64,000 bases of DNA from NCBI GenBank assembly GCA_964434105.1, contig CAYSTJ010000003.1, forward strand, positions 64,672 through 128,671, given 5' to 3'. This document shows, piece after piece, positions 10,625 to 21,243 of the stretch (its first letter is position 1; each line of letters begins with the position of its first letter). The position numbers were made by a program, and so were the translations under genes. Under the pieces are notes generated by a model. The model ran no database searches, had not been told where the DNA came from, and was given only the letters and a program-made list of their open reading frames with translations. The stretch comes from an uncultured Cellvibrionaceae bacterium (lineage in GTDB: Bacteria > Pseudomonadota > Gammaproteobacteria > Pseudomonadales > Cellvibrionaceae).

Positions 10625-11341
10625 ATGACCTCAACCCCAACTCACGTCCATGCCGAGCCTCATAAAACTAACCGTTCAGGCTGGCTCCGTGCCGCAGTTA
10701 TGGGCGCAAACGATGGTATTGTATCGACGGCCAGTCTGATCATCGGTGTGGCTGCCGCGGGTACCAGTCATAACGAAATCCTTCTCGCAGGCGTAGCCGG
10801 TCTTGTTGCAGGCGCCCTGTCGATGGCGGCTGGCGAGTATGTCTCCGTAAGCTCTCAAGCCGACATCGAAAAGGCGGATCTGGCGCTGGAACAGAAATCG
10901 CTCGACGAAAACCATGAATCCGAAATCAATGAGCTGGCTGAAATATATGAATCGCGCGGACTTGAGCCTGGGTTAGCGCGTACCGTGGCAGTCAAGCTCA
11001 TGGCGCATGACGCGCTCGGCGCACACGCACGTGACGAGATCGGAATTTCGGAGATCACCCGCGCCCGACCGGTTCAGGCGGCGACATCGTCTGCGTTGGC
11101 GTTTACACTCGGCGCCGGACTCCCGCTATTGGCCACCTGGCTGTTTCCTTTACAATTGATCATTACAGCCGTGGCGACGTTTTCCCTGCTCTTTCTGGCG
11201 CTGCTGGGTGCCACCGCGGCCCGTACAGGTGGCGCGTCCATTATAAAGGGCGCACTGCGAGTGACCTTCTGGGGCGCGCTTGCCATGCTCCTGACAGGTT
11301 TAACCGGCGTCTTTTTTGACATGATGACTGCCAGTTCCTGA
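10625..11341 (+). CDS. VIT1/CCC1-family iron/manganese transporter
   Basis: 238-aa ORF with WLRAAVMGANDGIVSTASLIIGVAAA, then an acidic cytosolic helix region and C-terminal TM helices, as in the VIT family. Confidence 0.85.
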   Translation: MTSTPTHVHAEPHKTNRSGWLRAAVMGANDGIVSTASLIIGVAAAGTSHNEILLAGVAGLVAGALSMAAGEYVSVSSQADIEKADLALEQKSLDENHESEINELAEIYESRGLEPGLARTVAVKLMAHDALGAHARDEIGISEITRARPVQAATSSALAFTLGAGLPLLATWLFPLQLIITAVATFSLLFLALLGATAARTGGASIIKGALRVTFWGALAMLLTGLTGVFFDMMTASS

Positions 11342-11431
11342 AGCCGGTTTATAGTCATGCCGGGCTTACGCCGTTTCGGCAGATTGCATTACACGGGCGC
11401 GCATACTCAAAACAAAGGTGACTCCTGTCCT

Positions 11432-12730
11432 ATGTCGATACCACAACCCATACTGGACATCTCCACCGGCTTTGCGCGGTTTATGGTACAACCGCCCCAC
11501 TTCGAGCCCGGGCATAATTTCACCAATGAAATTGGCAATATCGATGCAGAAAACGACTGGGAGGCCATGCTTGCCTTTCTGAATGAATACCGTTATTCGG
11601 AAAAGACCTTCCGGTCGTATGCCACGGAGCTGGAAAGACTGTGTTTGTGGCTAATCCATGTTCACAAGGTCCCCCTGTCCGGCCTCAAACGGACGGATCT
11701 GGCCGCCTATTACGAATTTGTGGCATCCCCACCGCCGGCCTGGTGCGGCCCATCGGCCAAGAAATTCAGGAAAGACGGCACGGTCAATCCAGCCTGGCGG
11801 CCGTTCAAGCTGGAACCCGACGGCACCGCCGGACTCGCGCCCGGCAGTGTTCAGCGTCTTCAGAAAATACTGCGATCGATGTTTACCTATTTTGTGGACG
11901 AAGGCTTTCTGCTGGGTAATCCTGCGACTGCACGTCGAACCAAAGGTCAGCGGTCAGGCAAAGCATCGAGAATCGTAGAGCGTTTTTTGCAGCCCCACGA
12001 AGCCGCATTTGTCGAACAGCTTTTACAGCAGGAAATAATCAGGGCCCAGCAAAGTGGCAACAAAGAACGTTATTTTCGTTCGTTGCGACGGCATTATATT
12101 TATGAACTTTTTCTGCATACCGGGCTGCGCATCTCCGAACCGGTTAAATATACAATGGGAGACATCCAGGTGCGCGGCACCGGTGAGAAAAAAACGCTGT
12201 CTTTGGAGATCAGCGGAAAAGGCAATATCGATGGAGAAACACGAACGGTGGTACTTGGTGAAGCCTTTATCAATATACTTAAGACCTACCGGATCGCGTT
12301 GAACGCTGCGATCGACGACAAGCGCTGGACGGCGCTGGACCCCCTGCCCGCTTTCAATGAGCCAACACCGCTTATACCGGATATGTCCGGGCTTCGCGCC
12401 ATCGGCGAACGTCAATTGAGTTCGATATTTGGTGAGATCCGTGAAATCTGCCTCGAAGCCCTCGATGGATTGCTGCAAAAATCCCAAGACCCCGAGCAAA
12501 CCAACGACCTGAAACGTATGCGATCAACTCTGGCCGTGTTTACCTGCCATTGGATGCGTCATACCCATGCCACCTATTTTCTGGCATTATCCGGGGATCT
12601 GCGGGCTACACAGGATCGTCTGGGGCATGCAGACCTGTCGACTACCCAAATATATGTACACGTGCTGGACAAATCCAGGGAACAGGCTGCGAATAAATTC
12701 GACCCTTCGAAAATGTCCGATTTGATCTGA
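11432..12730 (+). CDS. Tyrosine-type site-specific recombinase/integrase
   Basis: The ORF-track frame is 11357-12730. The likely start is the ATG at 11432 (MSIPQP). It has an N-terminal SAM-like core-binding region, the catalytic signature [11 protein letters not shown] (HxxR) and [15 protein letters not shown] (nucleophile Tyr). Confidence 0.9.
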   Translation: MSIPQPILDISTGFARFMVQPPHFEPGHNFTNEIGNIDAENDWEAMLAFLNEYRYSEKTFRSYATELERLCLWLIHVHKVPLSGLKRTDLAAYYEFVASPPPAWCGPSAKKFRKDGTVNPAWRPFKLEPDGTAGLAPGSVQRLQKILRSMFTYFVDEGFLLGNPATARRTKGQRSGKASRIVERFLQPHEAAFVEQLLQQEIIRAQQSGNKERYFRSLRRHYIYELFLHTGLRISEPVKYTMGDIQVRGTGEKKTLSLEISGKGNIDGETRTVVLGEAFINILKTYRIALNAAIDDKRWTALDPLPAFNEPTPLIPDMSGLRAIGERQLSSIFGEIREICLEALDGLLQKSQDPEQTNDLKRMRSTLAVFTCHWMRHTHATYFLALSGDLRATQDRLGHADLSTTQIYVHVLDKSREQAANKFDPSKMSDLI

Positions 12731-12744
12731 CCGGTGTTTGCATC

Positions 12745-13641
12745 TCAAGATCTGACATCAATATAACGATAGAGATTAAGCGCGGGGATATAGGCCAGTT
12801 TCTGTATTGCCACGTCGGAACGCTCAAGCCGAAGTGGAGACTCACCCGGATCATCACGCCATATCACGTGCTTTGGCAAGTTCAGATCCTGCGACAGGAG
12901 AATTCCACTCACATTAATCGCCTTGCGTTTTCGGATGCCCTCCTCCCAAAAAACGATATTGGCGCGCAGTGTGTTCGGTAAGGATTTCTTCATGGCCAGC
13001 TTTTCACCGGGTTTAAGCTGACTCAGCGCATGCAACACAGCACTGCGGGTGGCGGGAACAGGTAAAGCGTTGGCCATGGCTTCGGCTTCCACGAGTTCTA
13101 TCAGCTTGATCGATGAATGCCGAGTGGCCCACGTCCATGAAATGGACTCAAGTTTTGGTGGCAACACCCGAATATGCGCATAGCACCGCAACAAATCAAG
13201 ACGGTGCAAGTGCAGACGCGATAACGCGCGCTCCAGCGCCTCTGTACGTCTGCCCTCTCTGTGAAGTGCTCTGTCCACGAGTTTATCAATCGCCGTCTTT
13301 TTACTGCCTCCCAGCTCTCTGACCGTGGCGACTGCCTGCTGAAACTGATCCTTTACATGGTTCAGTCTCGCCACGGCATCAACCGTATCTGCCGTAGCGC
13401 AAACAAGCCCCGCCAGTTGTTCCTCTTCATTTTCGTCAAGATAGAAATTGCGCGTCATGGCCGGTATTGCGTGAGAGCGAGCCTGTATTGAATCACCGTG
13501 AAAACCGGGCAGGAAACAAGGCAAATTTTTATCGGCAAGGATAGCGCTTCTAAACTCCGCCTGGGAATCCTGTAAAGCATCGTAGGCGCGCATTAAATCA
13601 ATGACTGCTTCGCTGAACATACTGAATACCCCTGCCATCAC
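12745..13641 (-). CDS. Hypothetical protein, possible Tus-like replication terminus-binding protein
   Basis: 298 aa, versus 309 aa recalled for E. coli Tus. Collinear similarity to my recalled Tus sequence: QLAGLVCA/RLPGVLCY, LESISWTWATRH/TLRFGWANKH, LRANIVFW/PIARVWY, IPALNLYRYI/IPRLHLYVAD. This is a memory-based alignment only. Confidence 0.45.
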   Translation of the reverse strand: MMAGVFSMFSEAVIDLMRAYDALQDSQAEFRSAILADKNLPCFLPGFHGDSIQARSHAIPAMTRNFYLDENEEEQLAGLVCATADTVDAVARLNHVKDQFQQAVATVRELGGSKKTAIDKLVDRALHREGRRTEALERALSRLHLHRLDLLRCYAHIRVLPPKLESISWTWATRHSSIKLIELVEAEAMANALPVPATRSAVLHALSQLKPGEKLAMKKSLPNTLRANIVFWEEGIRKRKAINVSGILLSQDLNLPKHVIWRDDPGESPLRLERSDVAIQKLAYIPALNLYRYIDVRS

Positions 13642-13797
13642 TTTTGGTAGCCGGATTAGGGCTATGTAAATTTTAGCGTGTTCGGGGATGGTATATTATT
13701 TTATGGAAGACAGCTATGCCTATAACGGAAAGCCTCCCAACGTTACAGAAACACCTGGCCGTAATTGCAATTTACTGCGACTTGTGTCTGGAATCAT

Positions 13798-14248
<451 letters not shown>

Positions 14249-14492
14249 ACGCGCCTTATCACGCTATTGCAATCGCAGCCGTTCACGCCATCCGCAGGAC
14301 ATTCATTCGCTTAACGTTCAATGCAAAGCGTAGCCTCGGCTAACAGGACGTCAGGCGCTCAGGTCGGTTCGGGCCTTAACGGCACTGATTTTGCAAAATC
14401 TTGACGACGGGTAACAGTACATATTAAAAATGCTTGAATGCAGGCTCATTGTTACCGAACTTTGTACTTTTTATAAATTTGCGGAGGTCAAT

Positions 14493-14819
14493 ATGACTAT
14501 TAAACAATTACTTGGCACGGCTGTTCTCGGCGCACTGATTCCCATGGGCGCTATGGCCGGTTCTGACGATAAAAGTGAGAAGATTGTAGAAGCGTTGAAT
14601 CTTGAGGGCGATCGTGCCGATCAGGTGCAGGAAATCATGGCGGATTTCCACGATCAGAAGAAGGCGGTGAAAGAGCAAAGCATGGACCAGATAAAGTCAC
14701 TGAAGAGCCAGAAGGAAGACCGCCTGAAAACCATTTTGTCTGACGACGAGTTCGAACAATATGAAAACATCAAGGAAGTAAAAAAGGATAAACGCGACAA
14801 GAAATGGAAAAAGGATTAA
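14493..14819 (+). CDS. Small secreted Lys/Glu-rich helical protein (Spy/CpxP-like character)
   Basis: The ATG at 14493 has GGAGG 5 nt upstream. It has a signal peptide (MTIKQLLGTAVLGALIPMGAMA) and a charged helical body. The upstream extension in the ORF track is unlikely. Confidence 0.6.
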   Translation: MTIKQLLGTAVLGALIPMGAMAGSDDKSEKIVEALNLEGDRADQVQEIMADFHDQKKAVKEQSMDQIKSLKSQKEDRLKTILSDDEFEQYENIKEVKKDKRDKKWKKD

Positions 14820-14958
14820 TCTTCTACAGGGTAAATCCAGGGTCTGTTGCCGTTTAATCAGCGCCTCTGTTGCGTCTGAAAACGCGCTAATTTTGTGATG
14901 CGGCATGCCGACACGACGAATGTGGTTTGGTGGCCCCAAATAAGCGACTGATAACGAC

Positions 14959-15013
14959 GCCAGGTGGAAAAATGGCCGCCAGCAGTGGTGATAATAGAAC
15001 GTCAACAGACCCT
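14959..15013 (+). repeat. Copy A of a roughly 55-nt repeat located at convergent gene ends
   Basis: gccaggtggaaaaatggccgccagcagtggtgat..gaacgtcaacagaccct aligns with 23645-23700. The terminal 16-mer also occurs at 59826-59841. Confidence 0.7.
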
Positions 15014-15093
15014 GGCACCGGTCAGCAACGCGATGACCGGAGTCAATAGCGCAGAATCCGTGATCTTTCGATAGAACGTCAATCGATCCGGAC

Positions 15094-16518
15094 TCAGCCT
15101 TCCTGATATTCTCCCGCTTCCCGGTCGGCGTCCCAGCCCCCACCCAACACCCTGAACAGATCCACCAGTGCATTCAGCCGCGCCTGGCGCAACTGGATTT
15201 GTTGGTCCTGAGCCTGGAACAGGCCTCTCTGCGCTTCGAGCAAGGCTAACAGGTTTTCGTTTCCCTCCTGATAGCGAATTTCCGTAAGACGCAACGCGCG
15301 TTGCGCGTGGTCAATAATTTCCTGCTGGAGATGCTCCTGCTGCTCAAAGGTTAGCACCTGATCGACGGCCAGTTCCGTCTCCTGCAGTGCATTTAAAATC
15401 ACTTTGCGGTACTGCTCAACAAGTGCCACTCGTCGCGACTTGCTGATGTTGACCAGATGGCGTCGGCGCCCATGGTCAAATAGCGTTTGCGCCAGCGATA
15501 AACTCCAACCGACCGTATCAACGGGCGCGGTCAGCGCCCATCGGGCGGCAGAAGAGCGGCCAGCGCTGGCGCCAAGTTCCAGCCCCGGCAACAACGCCGC
15601 TCTGGCCGCCATAACATCCGCGTTGGCCATTGCCAGCTGAGCTTCCATGCTGGCTATATCAGGTCGCCGGGTCAGTAGGTCGGAAGGAATCCCCGCCCAT
15701 ATCTCGGGCAGGGTTATATCCAATAAATGTTCTTTATCCAGCGCCAGGGCGTGTGGCGGCGCCCCTATCAGAGTGGCTAGTGCGGCGCGTGTTTGGCGCG
15801 CCTGCAACGCGAGTGGCAAAACAGCCGATTCCTGCGCGAGCAGATTGCCTTTCTGTCGGGCGAGGTCAGCCGAGGAGGCCGTACCAAACCGAAACCTTGC
15901 ATCCACAATAGCCAATATGCGTTCCGCGATACGAATGTTTTCTCGCGCTGTTGCCAGTCGCTCCTGCAACCCAAGCCAGTTAAACCAGCTGGCGGCGATA
16001 GTCGACACCAACTCCAGCCGGGCGGCATCATGATCAAAGCGCGTGGCGTCGAGCAAAGCATCAACGGCAAGACGTTCGGCCGCAAGGCGTCCCCAAAGAT
16101 CAATCTGATAGGATGCCTGAACACCGACGCGGCTATTGTCCGTACTCTGCCATTCGTCTCCCTCAGAGCGACTTCTGCTGCCGCCCGTTTGCGCAGTGAA
16201 TCCAACCCCCGGCCACAGACTCGCCCCGGCAATATTCACCTCCAGTTCGGCCTGATAGAGTCGCTCTGCCGAGATACGCAAATCGGGGTTGTCCTGCAGT
16301 CCGCGCTGCACCAACGCTTGCAATTGCCCGGATCCAAATGCGTTCCACCAGTCAGGCGTGATTTCATGAGACAATGCATCTGCATCGAGCAGCCAGGCGA
16401 CGTCGGGGCGGAGGGCCGGCTTCTCGTCGGGTAATAGCGTCTGACAGGCAGCACTCACAAAGATGGCCACAAGCACCATCAACCAGCGGGACTTTCGCAA
16501 TACACGCTTCAGCATCAA
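15094..16518 (-). CDS. Efflux outer-membrane factor lipoprotein (NodT/OprM family)
   Basis: 474 aa with a lipobox (VSAAC) and the two-repeat OMF architecture. It lies directly downstream of macB. Confidence 0.9.
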   Translation of the reverse strand: MMLKRVLRKSRWLMVLVAIFVSAACQTLLPDEKPALRPDVAWLLDADALSHEITPDWWNAFGSGQLQALVQRGLQDNPDLRISAERLYQAELEVNIAGASLWPGVGFTAQTGGSRSRSEGDEWQSTDNSRVGVQASYQIDLWGRLAAERLAVDALLDATRFDHDAARLELVSTIAASWFNWLGLQERLATARENIRIAERILAIVDARFRFGTASSADLARQKGNLLAQESAVLPLALQARQTRAALATLIGAPPHALALDKEHLLDITLPEIWAGIPSDLLTRRPDIASMEAQLAMANADVMAARAALLPGLELGASAGRSSAARWALTAPVDTVGWSLSLAQTLFDHGRRRHLVNISKSRRVALVEQYRKVILNALQETELAVDQVLTFEQQEHLQQEIIDHAQRALRLTEIRYQEGNENLLALLEAQRGLFQAQDQQIQLRQARLNALVDLFRVLGGGWDADREAGEYQEG

Positions 16519-16524
16519 TGTTGT

Positions 16525-18489
16525 CTACTCCGAGGCCAGGGCAACCACCGGGTCCAGACCGGCGGCCTTGCGTGCAGGCAGATAACCGAAAACCAGACCG
16601 GTCGCAAAAGCACAACCGAATGCCAGAACCACAGGCGCGACGGAGAAATGCACAGGCGTACCGAAGTAGCCAACCAGCATCGCACTGCCCAGCCCTACAA
16701 ACACCCCCACTACCCCACCCAGCGCCGATACCACCAGTGCTTCCAGCAGAAACTGCTGCAGAATATGTCGACGTCTTGCGCCGATTGCCATTCGCACGCC
16801 GATCTCCCGGGTGCGTTCCGTGACATTTACCAGCATGATGTTCATCACCCCGATGCCTCCGACCAGTAACGATATTGCGGCAATTGATGCCAGCAACACT
16901 GTCATCGTATTCTGGGTTTCCGCCACGCTGTCAATCAGTGAGGCCATATTGCGAATGGTAAAATCCTCGCGCCCGTGACGCGCCATCAACAGTGCATGCG
17001 CCGCATCCTGGGTTTCATTGATAAAGCGTGGGTCTTCCACAGCCACAGTAACACTGCGCAGAAAAGTCTGACCGAATACCCGCAGACTGCCGGTGGTATA
17101 GGGGACAAAAACAACATCGTCCTGATCCTGCCCCATTGGAGAGGCGCCGCGCCCGGCCATAACACCCACCACCTGAAATAAAATATTGTTGATAATCAGG
17201 TACTCGCCCAATGGATCCTGATCACCGAACAGCTCGCGGGCCGTTGTTTGCCCCAACACCGCGACGGTGGCATAAGCCAGTTCGTCGTCCCGGGAAAAAA
17301 ATGTTCCCCGGTCTATATCCCACTGACGGGCAATCGGGAACGCGGCCGACGTCGCGTTAACTTCTGCGCTATGGTCCTCATTGCCGTATCGCAGCGTGTA
17401 ATTCCCTGTCAACTCGGCCACGGCAGCGCGTACATTGGGCAGTTCATTGAGGGCACCAACGTCACCGGGTACCAACGTCGCTATGTTCCAGCGACCGCCA
17501 CGCTGGTTGGGGCCTCCCGGCCGCACCAGCAACAGATCGCTACCCATGGCGCTGATACGGTCTATGACTTCCTGCCGGGCGCCATCGCCAATGGCGAGCA
17601 TGGCAATGACCGACGCCACACCTATCACGATGCCGAGCAGTGTCAGAACCGTGCGAAACAGATTGCTGAAAAGTGACCGAATGGCGGTCCGAAACCCTGC
17701 AACAATTTCACTCAGCCAGGCCGGTTCGCCGTACAGCGTCGATCGTTGCAGTTGGGCCGGTCGTGCCCGGGAGACGCTGTTGTAACCCGGGTCCGATACA
17801 ATAATGCCGTCCCGGATTTCGATTTGTCGATGTGCATGTGCGGCGACACCGGCATCATGGGTAATCAGAATTATCGTGAGCCCCTGCCCGGAGAGTTCAT
17901 CCAGCAGCTGCATCACCTCGCGACCGCTCTGGCTGTCAAGCGCCCCGGTGGGTTCGTCTGCGAGAAGCACGTACCCGCCGTTGATGAGTGCGCGGGCAAT
18001 CGAAACCCGTTGCTGTTGCCCGCCGGACAATTGGTTCGGTCTGTGCCCGGCACGGTCCCGCAACCCCAGCCGGGCCAGTAATTGCAAGGCCCGCTCCCGG
18101 CGCTGTGCGGGCGGCATACCGGAATAGGTTGCCGGCATCTCCACATTTTCACAGGCACTCACTCCTGGCAGGAGATTGTAGCTCTGAAAGATAAACCCGA
18201 AGGTTTCGCGACGCATACCAGCCAGCTCATCAGGCGACAGGCCAGCGACTTCCCGTCCCGAAAACAGATAGGTACCATCCGACGGCCTGTCCAGGCACCC
18301 CAGAATGTTCATCAATGTTGACTTTCCGGAACCCGAGGCCCCCATAATCGCAACAAACTCTCCGGCTTCGATATCCAGATCAACACCGTTGAGTACCTGC
18401 GTCCGTATCTCACCGTTACTGAACACCCGGGTTACCTTGCGCAACCGAATCAGCGGCGCAGCGCCCGTGCCTGAATCATTCAGAGGCAT
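16525..18489 (-). CDS. macB: MacB-type ABC transporter (fused ATPase-permease)
   Basis: 654 aa with Walker [10 protein letters not shown], signature LSGGQQQR and Walker B LLADEPT, followed by a FtsX-like 4-TM permease with a large periplasmic domain. Confidence 0.93.
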   Translation of the reverse strand: MPLNDSGTGAAPLIRLRKVTRVFSNGEIRTQVLNGVDLDIEAGEFVAIMGASGSGKSTLMNILGCLDRPSDGTYLFSGREVAGLSPDELAGMRRETFGFIFQSYNLLPGVSACENVEMPATYSGMPPAQRRERALQLLARLGLRDRAGHRPNQLSGGQQQRVSIARALINGGYVLLADEPTGALDSQSGREVMQLLDELSGQGLTIILITHDAGVAAHAHRQIEIRDGIIVSDPGYNSVSRARPAQLQRSTLYGEPAWLSEIVAGFRTAIRSLFSNLFRTVLTLLGIVIGVASVIAMLAIGDGARQEVIDRISAMGSDLLLVRPGGPNQRGGRWNIATLVPGDVGALNELPNVRAAVAELTGNYTLRYGNEDHSAEVNATSAAFPIARQWDIDRGTFFSRDDELAYATVAVLGQTTARELFGDQDPLGEYLIINNILFQVVGVMAGRGASPMGQDQDDVVFVPYTTGSLRVFGQTFLRSVTVAVEDPRFINETQDAAHALLMARHGREDFTIRNMASLIDSVAETQNTMTVLLASIAAISLLVGGIGVMNIMLVNVTERTREIGVRMAIGARRRHILQQFLLEALVVSALGGVVGVFVGLGSAMLVGYFGTPVHFSVAPVVLAFGCAFATGLVFGYLPARKAAGLDPVVALASE

Positions 18490-19715
18490 CAGAGCCTCAT
18501 CCCGCGGCCAAAGCGGCGTATATCCTGGGGCCGGGCGGCCTGCCCCGCAGCATCGCCGGCAATACCCGTAATGACCAGATCTCCCTCCCGAAGTCCGCTC
18601 AACACTTCCACCCGAACACGGTTGGAGACCCCCGCTGTTATGATGCGCTCCTCAGCGTGACCCGTCGCATTCAGTACCTGCACACGGTATTGGGTGGCGT
18701 CGGCACCGGTCCGGGCCGCCGGCTTTCCGGAGCCGGCGTCCAGAGGTTCCACTGCTGACACCGGAATCAGCAGCACGTCCTTTGCTTCAGCCGTTATAAA
18801 AAATATCTCCGCCGTCATCTGGGTCATTAACTGGCGGTCGTCATTGGGCACCTCAAATAACGCGTTATACAGAACCACATTGTTGAGGATTTCCGGCGTC
18901 GGCTCGATGCGATTCAGGCGGCTGTGCCAACGCCGCCCCTGACTGCCCAGAGTGGTGAAATATACAGGCATGTCCGGACGGAGCCGCCCGACATCGGCTT
19001 CGGATACCTGTGCCTGGACCGTCATCACTGACAGGTCGGCTATACGCAGCAGGGTCGGAGCGGTCTGGTTGGCATTCAACGTTTGCCCCTGTCGGCTGGT
19101 AATCGATACCACAGTGCCGTTCATGGGCGCGTGAATACGCGCAAACTCGAGGTTGGCTTCTTCGGCACGCAACGTGGATTCAATTTGATCTATCTGGGCG
19201 AGCAGCGATTCGATCTGAGCCCGGGCCGACTGCAGGCCTGCCTCAGCGCCTTCCACCTCTTCAACCGTCGTTGCATCTTCCCGGTGCAGATTGACCTGGC
19301 GCCGGTAGTGGATTTCCGCCAGTTTCAACTGAGCCTCCCGATCCTGCAATTGTGCCCGTTGAAAGCGTAATTGCGCGCGCGTGGCGTCAACCCTGGCACT
19401 GTAAACAGTGGCGTCAATCTCGGCGAGCAGGTCTCCGCTCGAGACTTCACTGCCGATACCCACATGCAGTACATCCAATTGACCGGATACCTGCGCGCCG
19501 ACATCAACGTAATCCCGGGGTTGCAGGATGCCGGTGGCCGTGACCAGGTTCTGAATAGTGCCGCGTGTCACCGGTGCAGTAAGGTAGCGGGGTTCATTTT
19601 GCCGACCGGCCAGCCATAGCATGAGCATCACTACGCCGACAAATATCGCTACTGCGACAGCCAATCGATACCTGAATTTAAAAAATCGTGAACGCAAACG
19701 TGAAATCACAGACAT
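18489..19715 (-). CDS. macA: MacA/HlyD-family periplasmic adaptor
   Basis: 408 aa with an N-terminal TM helix, coiled-coil hairpin and beta-barrel regions. Its stop overlaps the macB start. Confidence 0.9.
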   Translation of the reverse strand: MSVISRLRSRFFKFRYRLAVAVAIFVGVVMLMLWLAGRQNEPRYLTAPVTRGTIQNLVTATGILQPRDYVDVGAQVSGQLDVLHVGIGSEVSSGDLLAEIDATVYSARVDATRAQLRFQRAQLQDREAQLKLAEIHYRRQVNLHREDATTVEEVEGAEAGLQSARAQIESLLAQIDQIESTLRAEEANLEFARIHAPMNGTVVSITSRQGQTLNANQTAPTLLRIADLSVMTVQAQVSEADVGRLRPDMPVYFTTLGSQGRRWHSRLNRIEPTPEILNNVVLYNALFEVPNDDRQLMTQMTAEIFFITAEAKDVLLIPVSAVEPLDAGSGKPAARTGADATQYRVQVLNATGHAEERIITAGVSNRVRVEVLSGLREGDLVITGIAGDAAGQAARPQDIRRFGRGMRL

Positions 19716-19940
19716 ACTTTCTTATTACGCGGGTTTCCGCCGGGGTCAACGAACCCGGGAGATCGACAAAACATCGGCAGGTTACGGCGGTTTAATCCCT
19801 TGTACACTGAGCCGCGTACAGGTAAAAACGTTCAACCAACCATCGGTTAGGTATTCATCGCCAACTATAGTTCAGATTTGCGGCTATCCGGACCATCCCT
19901 TTCTGTAGAACAACGTCAAGTTTAACCACTAACTCTGGTT

Positions 19941-21074
19941 TTGCCTATGAACACGATTTCGTCCCTGTTGCAACACTGGTCTTCGCTTGCCAATCAGCCG
20001 GGTATTGTTACCATTTTTGTTATCTGCGCAAGTGTTCTTATCGCCCTCACGCTTCATCTGATCATATTTCATTTGATCGGCAGAGCACTCAGGCTGCGCG
20101 GGTCGCCGGATGACAATGCAACGTGGCACACGCTGACCAACAAGACCCAGCGTGTTACACGGTTAATTTTTATTCTGATTGCCATAGAAATATCACGACC
20201 TCTGGTACAGCTTTCCAGTTCGGCGGAGCTGTTTATGTCGCGACTGGTCACTGTCGGTATCATAGCCGCAATCGGCTGGATGGCACTGCTGTTAATTCAG
20301 GCAGCAACACATACCATGGCATCGCGCTACCGGATCGACGTCGAGGACAACCTCGAAGCCCGCAAAATGCGCACCAAACTGCGGGTGTTCCGCCAGATTA
20401 TCAGTCTGCTCGTTATTGGTATTACCATCGCATCAATGCTCATGTCGTTTCCCAGTGCACGCAGTCTGGGCCTGTCGATGTTCGCGTCGGCGGGTGTCGC
20501 GGGCATCGTCGTTGGCTTTGCTGCACGGCCGGTCCTGTCCAATCTGCTGGCCGGGCTGCAGATCGCACTCACCCAGCCCATCCGTATTCAGGATGCCGTG
20601 GTTATTGAAGGTGAATGGGGCTGGATTGAAGAGATCACACCCACTTATGTCGTCGTTAAGATCTGGGATTGGCGACGCCTGATTGTGCCTCTGAGCCATG
20701 TTATTGAGCACCCCTTTCAAAACTGGACACGGGAAACTGCCTCCATTATTGGCAGCGTATTCTGGCGCACAGATTATACGGTCCCCATTGATGCCATGCG
20801 GGTGAAATTGCAGGAATTCCTGCAGGAGTCAAAACACTGGGACGGAAACGTACAGGTGTTGCAGGTTGTCGAGTGCCACGCCGACACAATTGAGCTACGC
20901 GCATTGATGAGTGCAAAAAACAGCCCGACCGCCTGGGATTTGCGCTGTGAAATTCGGGAAAAAATGATAGTCTGGCTTCAGGCAACCTACCCTGGCGCTC
21001 TGCCCCGCCGGCGCGCCGAGCTCGATCTGGTTTCTGCCGATCCTGTACCGGAACCATCGGCTGTGAAAGCGTAG
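19941..21074 (+). CDS. MscS-family mechanosensitive channel
   Basis: 377 aa with N-terminal TM helices, then the pore helix and beta-domain pattern (GVAGIVVGFAARPVLSNLLAGLQIALTQPIRIQDAV). Confidence 0.85.
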   Translation: MPMNTISSLLQHWSSLANQPGIVTIFVICASVLIALTLHLIIFHLIGRALRLRGSPDDNATWHTLTNKTQRVTRLIFILIAIEISRPLVQLSSSAELFMSRLVTVGIIAAIGWMALLLIQAATHTMASRYRIDVEDNLEARKMRTKLRVFRQIISLLVIGITIASMLMSFPSARSLGLSMFASAGVAGIVVGFAARPVLSNLLAGLQIALTQPIRIQDAVVIEGEWGWIEEITPTYVVVKIWDWRRLIVPLSHVIEHPFQNWTRETASIIGSVFWRTDYTVPIDAMRVKLQEFLQESKHWDGNVQVLQVVECHADTIELRALMSAKNSPTAWDLRCEIREKMIVWLQATYPGALPRRRAELDLVSADPVPEPSAVKA

Positions 21075-21243
21075 TAGGATCTGTTAACGTTTCTCGAAAC
21101 TCGTTGAAATAAAAAGCGTTCCAGGATTTCAGCCAAAACCGTTAATTCCCTATAAATCAATTGGTTAGATTAAAACACCAACAGACCCTGGAAGTACAGT
21201 TAACAGCGCCCCACGGCATTTCAAAACTTGAAGCGTTCAATGC

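Noticed and set aside
13735-13757. A Ter-like site (minus strand ..TTTCTGTAACGTTGG..) upstream of the Tus-like gene, by analogy with TerB in the E. coli tus promoter.
   Set aside because: Only the TGTAAC core matches the recalled Ter consensus (..ATGTTGTAACTAA..) and the flanks do not match. That is too weak to call.
14697-15173. A 158-aa minus-strand ORF sharing the peptide HHCWRPFF with ORF 23500-23697.
   Set aside because: The shared peptide is just the translated 55-nt DNA repeat. The rest is unrelated, and both ORFs overlap better-supported genes.
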